Source: an uncultured Gemmatimonadota bacterium (GTDB lineage: Bacteria > JAAXHH01). Taken from it: a stretch of 64,000 nucleotides of DNA. This document shows, one piece after another, positions 10,241-19,042 of the stretch. The translations under genes and the position numbers were made by a program. The stretch lies in contig OX638340.1 in assembly GCA_951812955.1 (NCBI GenBank), positions 1,024,001 through 1,088,000 on the forward strand, written 5' to 3'. Each line of letters starts with the position of its first letter. Positions within the stretch are counted from its first letter, which is position 1. The notes below the pieces were generated by a model that searched no databases, had not been told where the DNA came from, and saw only the letters and a list, made by a program, of their open reading frames with translations.

Positions 10241-10577
10241 TCGTTCCCGGGCAATCTCGAACTAGTCTTCGATGCCGCATCACGTTCCCGGACAATCCAG
10301 CCTGCGCCCTTCACTCCGCGTTACCATCTCGAGAGGATAGCAGGAGCTATGATACCCAAGTAATATGGTCCGCGTCCAATACTTTCCATTTATTCTCTCC
10401 CAGCCGCGACGCCAGGACGCTGAATTGAGCCTGCAAACCCCTACTGTTATCGTTTGTAATCGCGCATTCGTTTGACCCTCAATCTAAATTCCAGTATTTT
10501 GGGAACGAGACACGATCCCGGCATCGGTCTGCCTGAAGAGGCCACGATTACCATAGCAGTTTTCGGAACTCTTCACA

Positions 10578-12779
10578 TTGAATCCAACATCCAAATCGGT
10601 CATTCCCGCGCTCTCAGCCGGACTTACTTCGGGTCTGGGACTTCTGGTTGCCCAGGTTGCCTTCGGCAGCTTCATTTTCTCGGGGGCCCTGGCGCCCTAC
10701 GCTTCACAGGGCGTGGGCCTGGTGCTGTTCGGGAACTTCGCGGCGTGTCTGGTCATCGCTCTTTTGGGTGGTTTCCGCGGGGCTATCGCGGGGCTGTCGC
10801 CCGCGCTGGTCATCGGCATGGCCGTGATCGGCTCCTCCCTGGACGCCGAGGGTCACGCGCTGTTCGCGACCGCATCCGTCGCCCTGATATTCTGTGCGGC
10901 GACCACGGGCGTGTGCTGTCTCGCGGTCGGCCGGTTCCGGCTCGCCAACCTGTTGCGCTTTATACCGTATCCCGTGGCCGGGGGATTCGTGGCCGGAATT
11001 GGCGGGGCCGTGTGCCTGGCGGCCCTGTCCCTGATGGGCGCAGACCCGGATTGGCTGGCAATGCCCGCTCTGTTCGAACCCTCCGTTTTATGGAAGTGGG
11101 TGCCGGGAGTAGTCTTTGGCGTCTTGCTCTACCTCTCCATGAAGACCTGGCGCAACCCACTTATCCTTCCCATGGGTGTGTTACTGGCTGTAGGTGCATA
11201 TCATTTCGCACTCAACAACCTCGGCATTTCGGGAGAAGAGGCACGGACCGCGGGATTGCTACTTACGAGCACGGCGGAAGGCAGCCTGTGGCCGGCGTTA
11301 GGGCCTGCCGATCTGTCCAATGTCAACTGGGCTTCGCTGACCTCGCAGATCCCCAACATGCTGGCGCTGATGCTGGTGGCGTTTATAAGCATCATCATGA
11401 ATATCGCCGGACTCGAAATGGCGACGAACCAGGAACTGAACTGGGACCAGGAGTTCAGGGTGACGGGACTGGCAAGCGTGCTTGCGGGACTGGGCGGGGG
11501 GACCGTGGCGACGCTTGTCGTTCCCGCGTCGCTTCGAAGCAAGTTGTTCGGTGCGACAACCCGGATGACCGGGGTGGTCGCTGCACTCGTTATCGGCGTG
11601 GCCCTTGTACTGGGCGACGGCATGCTGGAGATCGTACCCGCGGCGCTCGTGGGCGGAATCCTGGTCTTCGCCGGCCTGGGCATGCTGGACGAAGGGCTTG
11701 TGAGAAGCCGAAGAAGGCTTCCGCGGATGGAGTATGGAATTGTTCTGGCGATGTTTGCGGTTGTCACGTCGCTCGGATTGATCGAGGGCGTAGCCGTCGG
11801 TATGCTGGCCACGCTGGTTTTCTTCGCCGTGCGGCTCAGCAGGGTTGACCCCATCGAATCAAGATTCACCGCGCAGGAACGAGAGAGCATAAAATCGAGA
11901 TCCATACCCGACCGGGCTATACTGCGCAGAGAAGGTGAGCGGATACAGGTATACAAGCTGCGTGGTTACATTTTCTTCGGCAGCGCCTACGCGCTCTCAG
12001 ATGAATTCAAGAACAGGTTAAGCGGCGATTCGAGACCGGTGTGCATCATGCTGGATTTCGCGGCCGTTTCAGGCCTCGACTTCTCGGCCGTGAACGCCAT
12101 GGGAAGGTTTCTGCAAGCGGCGAAAGCGTCCAGCGTACGTGTCGTGCTCAGCGCGTTGTCCGAGGGACTGAAAGACCGGTTCGAACGCAGCCTGCCGGCT
12201 TCGGTGTATGGCGAATTGCTGTGGGAACCCGACGCGGACCGCGGTCTCGAACGTTGCGAGGATATCCTGATCGAAACGTGGAACACCGAGTCCGGAGGGA
12301 CCGAAGAACGGCGAGAATCGCTGCTGAAACATTCCGCGGAAGAACTGGAACACTACCTCGATCGACAAATCGATTTCGAGAGCCTGACGGAATCACTGCA
12401 AGGGTGGCTGAACCCAAGCAAGTACGAAGCAGGCGAGGTCCTGGCCGGGCCGGGTGCTCCCACGGACCATCTGCAACTGATCCTTTCGGGCCGCGTATCC
12501 GGTTACGATACCAGGGCGACCCGCCTGTTCCAATGCGGGCCGGGTGACGCGATCTGGCCGAATGGCGCGCCGGGTCAGAAAGCACACCGCGTAGTGGCCA
12601 ATGTACACTGTCAAACGATGTTGCTATCGCCCGCGGTTCTTGGCCGGCTGGAGCAGAACGAACAGCAACTGGTACATGACCTTTACCGGTACTTGCTGGC
12701 CGGACGGCTTCGCAGCGAACGGGAAGCCGGAGCATCGTTTACGGATACTGACAGCAAGATGCAGGGAAAAGAACGATGA
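10578..12779 (+). CDS. SulP/SLC26 family anion transporter with C-terminal STAS and degenerate cyclic-nucleotide-binding-like domains
   Basis: 733 aa (TTG start) with a polytopic N-terminal part in SulP style. The STAS-like segment reads ...IMLDFAAVSGLDFSAVNAM.... The C-terminal segment ...GEVLAGPGAPTDHLQLILSGRVSG...GPGDAIWPNG... resembles a cNMP-binding beta-roll. Confidence 0.8.
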   Translation: MNPTSKSVIPALSAGLTSGLGLLVAQVAFGSFIFSGALAPYASQGVGLVLFGNFAACLVIALLGGFRGAIAGLSPALVIGMAVIGSSLDAEGHALFATASVALIFCAATTGVCCLAVGRFRLANLLRFIPYPVAGGFVAGIGGAVCLAALSLMGADPDWLAMPALFEPSVLWKWVPGVVFGVLLYLSMKTWRNPLILPMGVLLAVGAYHFALNNLGISGEEARTAGLLLTSTAEGSLWPALGPADLSNVNWASLTSQIPNMLALMLVAFISIIMNIAGLEMATNQELNWDQEFRVTGLASVLAGLGGGTVATLVVPASLRSKLFGATTRMTGVVAALVIGVALVLGDGMLEIVPAALVGGILVFAGLGMLDEGLVRSRRRLPRMEYGIVLAMFAVVTSLGLIEGVAVGMLATLVFFAVRLSRVDPIESRFTAQERESIKSRSIPDRAILRREGERIQVYKLRGYIFFGSAYALSDEFKNRLSGDSRPVCIMLDFAAVSGLDFSAVNAMGRFLQAAKASSVRVVLSALSEGLKDRFERSLPASVYGELLWEPDADRGLERCEDILIETWNTESGGTEERRESLLKHSAEELEHYLDRQIDFESLTESLQGWLNPSKYEAGEVLAGPGAPTDHLQLILSGRVSGYDTRATRLFQCGPGDAIWPNGAPGQKAHRVVANVHCQTMLLSPAVLGRLEQNEQQLVHDLYRYLLAGRLRSEREAGASFTDTDSKMQGKER

Positions 12780-12885
12780 GCGGGTAATGCCGGCTGTCTT
12801 CTATACGTCCCATACCACATGGGTTCAGGAAATCAGTCTCCGCTATGAATTACACGGAGATTCTGACGAATCCGCCTTCGTGCAG

Positions 12886-13668
12886 CTAGAACCGATAGGC
12901 CGTCTCCAGCGGTTGCCCCTCCTCCAAGGCGCGTCGTGAAAAGTTCTCTTTTTCGCGCAACTCCCCGATCACGCGAATGACGTCCTCCAACGACTCACTG
13001 GGAAAGGCCATCACGCCGTTCACGTCCGCGGCGATAACGTCACCGGGGGCGACTTCGATTCCTCCGCAGACTATCGGCACGTTGGCGGCGACGGGGCGGA
13101 TCACCGAACCGGGACCATAGAGGCAGATTCCCCCCGCGTAAACAGGCAGGCCGATTTCCTCCATGCCCTCGATATCCCGGCAGCCGCCATCGGTCACCAG
13201 GCCCGCCATCCCCTTCTGACGACAGGCCAGCACGATCACGTCTCCGAACATGCTGAGCACCTCGCTGGTACCACTCGCCGTCACCCAGATCGATCCGGGC
13301 TCCGCTTCGTCCACCGGGCGAAAGACGAATGAACGAATGTCGTCCCGCGTGGTCGGGGTGTCGCTCTCCTCGTACTTCGTCGTCACGGCCGGCCCGGCGA
13401 TCGTACCCCTGGCGGGGATCATTGGTCGCACGCTTCGGGACATGGCCAGCCGCTCCCGGTCATGCCCCAGCCGGATCAACGCGTCCATGATCAGCGGCGT
13501 TGGTGCGTCTCTGAGCGCGCGGAAGGGATCACTGCTGGTACCGGTTTCCTGGTTCGTCTGAACCGCATGCGTTCTGGCGGGACTAGAGGCAAGGCTCGCG
13601 GCGGCCGTCGCGGCCATTCCGGATTTCAGGAACCCCCTGCGGGACAGGCTTCGATTGAATATCGTCAT
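12886..13668 (-). CDS. RraA family protein (RraA/HMG-aldolase-like) with twin-arginine signal peptide
   Basis: The RraA-like core reads ...VLACRQKGMAGLVTDGGCRDIEGMEEIGLPVYAGG.... The N-terminus MTIFNRSLSRRGFLKSGMAATAAASLASSPARTHA is a canonical Tat signal. The start is taken at the internal ATG (13668); the long ORF extends to 13731. Confidence 0.7.
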   Translation of the reverse strand: MTIFNRSLSRRGFLKSGMAATAAASLASSPARTHAVQTNQETGTSSDPFRALRDAPTPLIMDALIRLGHDRERLAMSRSVRPMIPARGTIAGPAVTTKYEESDTPTTRDDIRSFVFRPVDEAEPGSIWVTASGTSEVLSMFGDVIVLACRQKGMAGLVTDGGCRDIEGMEEIGLPVYAGGICLYGPGSVIRPVAANVPIVCGGIEVAPGDVIAADVNGVMAFPSESLEDVIRVIGELREKENFSRRALEEGQPLETAYRF

Positions 13669-13816
13669 ATTGTGCTCCTGGAATGTGTGGATGAGGGTCG
13701 AAAACCAGCATCGTTCCTGCGCATACATCAACTCGGTTCCACGTTGCGATTAAACTGTTGATACCGTGGAAGACCACGTCTATTATAATTGAACCTGCCG
13801 TCGGACCGGGCAGTTT

Positions 13817-13865
13817 ACCTGAAGTCTTTCGATCCTGGCAGATAACCTGAAGTCTTTCGATCCTG
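13817..13865. repeat. perfect 21-bp direct repeat ACCTGAAGTCTTTCGATCCTG x2, 28-bp period
   Basis: Copies at 13817-13837 and 13845-13865 are identical. They lie in the divergent intergenic region between the RraA-like and LarA-like genes. Confidence 0.9.
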
Positions 13866-13906
13866 TCCCCTTGTGCATCAAGTGGCCATCCCGAAAGTGG
13901 TTCGCG

Positions 13907-15463
13907 ATGAAATACCTGACCTATTCCGGTAACAACATCATCCACGCGGAACTGCCCGAAGAAGCGTCGGTCTTCTTCCCTCCGCCACCGCTCCCTGGAA
14001 TACCGAACAAGGATATACCGAACCGGGTCAGGGCGGCCTTCGAATCTCCCCTGGACATGCCGCCCCTGGAGGAACTGGTCGACGAGAAGAGCAGGATCCT
14101 CATCGCTTTCGACGACAATTGCCAGCCCTTTCCAGCTACCGCGCCGCCCGATATCCGCCAGCTCGCCATCGAGGCTCTGCTGGATATGCTCGACAGCTAC
14201 GGGGTGAAGCTGGAAAACATCGAGCTTATGTGTGCGGTCGCGCTGCATCGCAAGATGAAGGACTACGAATTGGCCGCCATGCTAGGCAAGCGCATCATGA
14301 AAACCTTCCACCCCCATCAACTGGTCAATTTCGACGCCGAGGACCCCGACGACATCGTCGTGCTGGGTACGACCGAAGAGGGAGAACCGGTGGAGACCAG
14401 CCGCAAGGTCATCGAAAGCGACCTGGTGATCTACGTGGACTCCATTCAGATTCCCCTGAACGGGGGACACAAATCCGTGGCCGTGGGTCTGGGAACGTAC
14501 AACAGCATCGCGCCGCACCACGCGCCCCAGATGACCTCTGAGAAGCCCCACGTCATGCAGCCCGAAGGTTCCGAAATGCACGGTTCAATCGAGCGCATTA
14601 GCCGCGTCATACTGAAACACACCCGCGTCATGGTCCTCGAGGCCGCCATGAACAACGCGTCCTATCCCCCGCTGATGCGCTATCTCAGCAAACCGGCGGA
14701 GCGTTGCAACCTGTTCGAGCGCGTGCTGAAGGCCACGACGCCGGCGTCCATGAAACTGTTGCCCGAATCGGTGCGATTCCAGGTATTCAAGGGCATTCAG
14801 AGCGCCTATCTTCCCGTCGAGATCAATGCCGGCTCAATCGACGCCGTCCACGAACCGACGCTGCAGACGCTGAAGGACCAGTTGCTGGTGACGACCGACC
14901 ACCAGCACGACACACTCGTATTCGGCCTGCCCGACCTCAGTCCCTACTCGGTCGGTGCGCGGATCAACCCGGTCCTGGTCCTGAGCGACGTCCTCGGATA
15001 CGTATTCAACTGGTTCTACAACAAGCCCTTCGTGAAGCCGGGAGGCGTGGTTATCATCATGAACCCGGTCTTCGAGTACTTCCATCCCGAGTACCACGTC
15101 GCCTACGAGAAGTTCTGGAACGAGGTGCTGCCCGAGACCCAGGATCCCTTCGAGATGCAATCGGCTTTCCAGGAGAAGTTCGCCCGGGATCCCCACATGA
15201 TCGACTGTTACCGGCACCGCTTCGCCCACCACGGCTTCCATCCCTTCACCGTGTGGTACTGGGCGACTTACCCGCTTAAATACCTGTCCAGGGTGATCCT
15301 GGCCGGCCCGAAAACAGACTTCGCCGCCAAGAGGCTGGGCGTTTCCTGGGCGCCGGACCTGGAGCACGCACTGGGTCAGGCCCGCGAAGTTACCGGCGGC
15401 GACGACGTGGTGGCCCTGACCATCCCGCCCTTCATGTACATGCAGGTGAATGACAAGGGTTAA
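13907..15463 (+). CDS. LarA-like (DUF2088, lactate racemase N-terminal domain) protein
   Basis: ...SRILIAFDDNCQPFP...ELMCAVALHRKM... follows the DUF2088/LarA N-domain pattern. The start is taken at MKYLTYSG; the ORF extends to 13871. Confidence 0.55.
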   Translation: MKYLTYSGNNIIHAELPEEASVFFPPPPLPGIPNKDIPNRVRAAFESPLDMPPLEELVDEKSRILIAFDDNCQPFPATAPPDIRQLAIEALLDMLDSYGVKLENIELMCAVALHRKMKDYELAAMLGKRIMKTFHPHQLVNFDAEDPDDIVVLGTTEEGEPVETSRKVIESDLVIYVDSIQIPLNGGHKSVAVGLGTYNSIAPHHAPQMTSEKPHVMQPEGSEMHGSIERISRVILKHTRVMVLEAAMNNASYPPLMRYLSKPAERCNLFERVLKATTPASMKLLPESVRFQVFKGIQSAYLPVEINAGSIDAVHEPTLQTLKDQLLVTTDHQHDTLVFGLPDLSPYSVGARINPVLVLSDVLGYVFNWFYNKPFVKPGGVVIIMNPVFEYFHPEYHVAYEKFWNEVLPETQDPFEMQSAFQEKFARDPHMIDCYRHRFAHHGFHPFTVWYWATYPLKYLSRVILAGPKTDFAAKRLGVSWAPDLEHALGQAREVTGGDDVVALTIPPFMYMQVNDKG

Positions 15464-15485
15464 TTAAGCGCGCTAATGACAAGGA

Positions 15486-16511
15486 TTAAGAGAGCGCGCC
15501 ACGGAGTTTCCCCACCAGGTCACGGGCCGGCGCAAAGGGCAGCGTAACGACCGCCCGGCGCAACGCGCTTTCGTAAATCCCCAGGATCACGCTGAAGTCG
15601 GACAGCGCCGAATCGATGTTCAACGGGTGGACGGCCGAGTCGTCTTCGATCCAGTCGATCATGGCTTCGGTCATCGCCGCCTGGCCGCGGATGTCTTCCT
15701 CGGCGTAGACATGTTCCCCGCTTTCGTATTTGTTGTCTATCCTGGATTCCCAACCGTGCATGGTCCAATGCACGTACCCCTTGTCCCCGTACACCGCAAT
15801 ACGCTTGTGGACGTTTACCGCTCCGGCGGCGATAACGCGAGGCGCGACGGCGCCGCAGCGCAGCAGGGCGCTCACGCCGTTGTCGTAGTTGATGACTCCG
15901 GTGCAATGGTCCGGCGCGTAGTGGTGCCTGGAGGTTTCGGCCAGTCCTTCCGGGCCCGATACCTGTCCGAAGACATCGACCGGCGTCGCGCCGGTGTTGA
16001 AAGCACCTACGGCCTGCAGCGCGTGCGTCCCCTGGTAGGCCAGGTTCATCCCCGCACTGGCCTCAATGAAGCGTAGATTCCCGATTGCGCCTTCCCGCAC
16101 CTTCCGCTGAAACAGGCTCCGTCGAGGGTGAAAGTGCAACTGGTGATTGACGGCTATTTTGACCCTGGCAGACCGCGCGAAGGCCTGCATCGCCAGGAAA
16201 TCCTCTCCCTGGATGGCAACGGGTTTCTCGACCAGCACGGCCGGTATCCCCGCCGACTCCGCCGCTTCGAAGATCTCCATGCGTACCGAGGGCGGCGTGT
16301 TAACATGGACCAGGTCCGGTTTCTCCCGCTCGAACATCTCGCGGTAGTCTGTGTACCTCGCGGACACATCGAACGCCGATCCGAAGGCATCGAGCTTATC
16401 CCGCTGACGGCTCGACACGGCGGCCAGGCTTCCGCGGCTTACGTGCCGGTAGGCCTCGGCCAGTCCACGAGCCCTCCCGCCGCTGACCCCGATGATTGCG
16501 CTTTTCATCAT
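15486..16511 (-). CDS. Gfo/Idh/MocA family oxidoreductase
   Basis: Contains the N-terminal Rossmann MMKSAIIGVSGG... and the EKP motif (VLVEKPVA). The start is taken at the ATG at 16511, because the longer ORF to 16676 would overlap the upstream gene. Confidence 0.75.
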   Translation of the reverse strand: MMKSAIIGVSGGRARGLAEAYRHVSRGSLAAVSSRQRDKLDAFGSAFDVSARYTDYREMFEREKPDLVHVNTPPSVRMEIFEAAESAGIPAVLVEKPVAIQGEDFLAMQAFARSARVKIAVNHQLHFHPRRSLFQRKVREGAIGNLRFIEASAGMNLAYQGTHALQAVGAFNTGATPVDVFGQVSGPEGLAETSRHHYAPDHCTGVINYDNGVSALLRCGAVAPRVIAAGAVNVHKRIAVYGDKGYVHWTMHGWESRIDNKYESGEHVYAEEDIRGQAAMTEAMIDWIEDDSAVHPLNIDSALSDFSVILGIYESALRRAVVTLPFAPARDLVGKLRGALS

Positions 16512-16545
16512 ATTGATATTTGCCTCGCCTGTTCGAAATGCTAGG

Positions 16546-16625
16546 CAATGCGAGACCGGTCCAGGTAATGCGGGACCCTTCCAGGTAATGCGAGACCTAC
16601 CTCGGTAATGCGGGACCCGTACCGT
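16546..16625. repeat. 20-bp tandem repeat x4 (consensus YAATGCGRGACCnnnCCnGG)
   Basis: Units start at 16546, 16566, 16586 and 16606. AATGCG(A/G)GACC is conserved in all four. The array lies between two minus-strand genes. Confidence 0.85.
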
Positions 16626-16638
16626 ACCCGGCCGGCCG

Positions 16639-17658
16639 TCAGGTCCATGGCCGGATGACGACTTTCCCACATTCACCGGATACCTGCGTCTCCCATGCGC
16701 GCTGTATTTCGTCTATGGAAAATACGTGCGTAATGAGTCGATCCACTTTCTTCCTGTTTCGATCAATGATGCCCATGATATCGTGGGCACCCTTCATGTT
16801 GTAATGCCAGGAACCTTTCAGATCGATGCCCTTGCGAATCATGTCGTCGCTTACGACCAGCCGGGTGTCCGCACCGCTCTCACCGACGAAGGCGAGGCTC
16901 CCTCTCCTGCGAAGTGCATCGATGCAGAATCTGTGCGCGGTCGGAGAACCTGAACAGTCCACGGCCTTGTCGACGCCGGTGCCGCCGGTCAGCTCGCGTA
17001 TGCGTTCCGCCGCGTGTTCGTCCCGTGGACAGATGACGTGCGCGGCACCCAATTCCCTTGCCTTCGCCTTCCGGTAAGGATGGGATTCCACGGCGATGAC
17101 CTCGGCGCCCATGTGACTTGCGCAGATCACGCCGCCCAGGCCTACCGGTCCCATTCCGGTTATAAGGACGGTTTCACCGCCCCTCAACCGAAGACGGTCC
17201 AGTGCGCCGTAGGTCGGTCCCAGTCCGCAGCAGGCCATGGCCCCATGCTCATAGGACATGCCTTCGGGGATTGGCGTTAAAAGCCAGTCCTGTTTGAGCA
17301 TGTACTGGGCCAGGGTCGCCTTGCCTTCGTCGCTTCCCGTGAACGCTGCGAAATCCACGACGTTTTCACAATGTATGTAGTCTCCGGAACGACACAGCGC
17401 GCATCCGCCGCACGGATACTGCGGCATGACCGCGACCCGGTCTCCTGCCCTGACAAGACCGGGCTGCGCGACTTCGACCACCTCGCCCGCCGCTTCGTGA
17501 CCGAGAAAATCCGCCCTGTGGCCGGCCGCGAAACCCTTGTACTCGGTGCAGAGCGGCGCCGCGTGTATCTTGATCGGAACCCAGTCTTCCTTTGGTTTCG
17601 GTTCGTCGGCCTCGACGGTGCCTCCGTGGTTCTTTCCGAGGATTACGGCTCTCTTCAT
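16639..17658 (-). CDS. zinc-dependent medium-chain alcohol/polyol dehydrogenase (threonine/sorbitol dehydrogenase-like)
   Basis: GHEAAGEVVEV is the catalytic Zn motif and CGGCALCRSGDYIHC the structural Zn motif, with a GxGxxG-type fold (ITGMGPVGLG). The ATG at 17658 is preceded by GGGGGA. Confidence 0.8.
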   Translation of the reverse strand: MKRAVILGKNHGGTVEADEPKPKEDWVPIKIHAAPLCTEYKGFAAGHRADFLGHEAAGEVVEVAQPGLVRAGDRVAVMPQYPCGGCALCRSGDYIHCENVVDFAAFTGSDEGKATLAQYMLKQDWLLTPIPEGMSYEHGAMACCGLGPTYGALDRLRLRGGETVLITGMGPVGLGGVICASHMGAEVIAVESHPYRKAKARELGAAHVICPRDEHAAERIRELTGGTGVDKAVDCSGSPTAHRFCIDALRRRGSLAFVGESGADTRLVVSDDMIRKGIDLKGSWHYNMKGAHDIMGIIDRNRKKVDRLITHVFSIDEIQRAWETQVSGECGKVVIRPWT

Positions 17659-17794
17659 CGGTAAACGTCCCCCCACGCGAAATCGGGTTACAAATCGTGG
17701 TCTGCGGCCGAACAGGTTGCGTGATGCGTAAGCCGCAATATAACGTCCGTCCGATCTTGACGCAACATACCGAAGACTGTTACTTGGTAAGTCA

Positions 17795-19042
17795 ATGAGC
17801 AGACTTTATCACAACGAATCCGGCCGTGTCATACCGGCGCTGTGCGAGGAACTTACGAGGTTCCGGCGTGCCCGCGTCATCCTGAACCTGCCGGCCACCG
17901 GTTCGGACGCGAACCTGTACGTGCTTGCCCGGCCCCATCGGACCGGCGACAACCCGCTGAACCTGTCCATCAACGGGATCCGTCAGGCTGCAATCCACGC
18001 TGGTGCGGATCTGCATTACAGATGGTATGAAGGGGTCGTAAAAGCCGGCGACCTGCGCGAAGGAGAGAACGTGGTGGCGTTATGGGCCGAGGACAGTGCG
18101 ATGACGGGTTGGTCGCTCGCGCTGGAACCCGGGGGCGCCTCATCCAGCAGTTTCCTTTCCGACGATGGGGGTACGGTCTGGCGCTCCGACCGGATGGGAT
18201 ATCTGAACGCGGTGCAGGGCAACTACTGCGTACGCATTCGCCTGATGGAAGGCCAAGACGATCCGCCTCCGGATATGGTGTGGGAGTCCCCCATTCATCC
18301 TAGGACACGGTCGCTCCACGAGCTGCTCCCGCGCCGTGCCGTTAACGCCACGGATCGGCTCACCCAGGTACGGGAACTGTCTTCCTGGCTGGCTTCGAGC
18401 TGGGAACATTCCGGGTCCCGTCGCGCGACGGTTTACGCGCCGTGGGACGCGGAGACCATACTCGCCTGGGGCGGCAGCCAGCGCGGTCACAACGACGAGC
18501 GTCCCATCGCCATGTGCGTACATTACGCGGTGGCCTTCGTCAGTGCCTGCCAGTCACTCGGCATCCCGGCGCGCTGCGCAGCGCTGACGGGCACGCCCAA
18601 CGGATATGACGGTCATTTCGTGGCGGAAGTCTGGTTCGAGGAACACCGGAAATGGGTGATGGTCGACCCGAACTGCGACGCGATCCTGTTCCGTAACGGG
18701 CAACCGCTGTCCATCGAGGAGATTCAGGAACTGGGAGGCGGACTGGAGCCTTACGTGGCATGGGGTGTCGGTACGCGGTACCAGCGGACTTTCTCCCATA
18801 TAAAAGACTTCATTCGCAACAATCTGACTAAAGGGGCGTGTTTCCGGAACAGAAGCGTCTGGCCGAGGACCGACTTCCTGTCCCGTCCCGAGTATACGCC
18901 TCCGGGCCACGGATCCGTCTCCTACTGTGAGACCGACCTGGTCTGGACGGAATCGGACGTGGAATCAGGCTTCGGAATGTTCAGGTATTTCGCGCAAAAC
19001 GACTACTTTGCCGCGCCACCCGACAGGACCGCCTATGCCTGA
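17795..19042 (+). CDS. transglutaminase-like (papain-fold Cys-His-Asp) domain protein
   Basis: 415 aa. CVHYAVAFVSACQSLGIPAR (Cys), GHFVAEVWF (His) and WVMVDPN (Asp) lie in the order typical of the transglutaminase core. Confidence 0.65.
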   Translation: MSRLYHNESGRVIPALCEELTRFRRARVILNLPATGSDANLYVLARPHRTGDNPLNLSINGIRQAAIHAGADLHYRWYEGVVKAGDLREGENVVALWAEDSAMTGWSLALEPGGASSSSFLSDDGGTVWRSDRMGYLNAVQGNYCVRIRLMEGQDDPPPDMVWESPIHPRTRSLHELLPRRAVNATDRLTQVRELSSWLASSWEHSGSRRATVYAPWDAETILAWGGSQRGHNDERPIAMCVHYAVAFVSACQSLGIPARCAALTGTPNGYDGHFVAEVWFEEHRKWVMVDPNCDAILFRNGQPLSIEEIQELGGGLEPYVAWGVGTRYQRTFSHIKDFIRNNLTKGACFRNRSVWPRTDFLSRPEYTPPGHGSVSYCETDLVWTESDVESGFGMFRYFAQNDYFAAPPDRTAYA

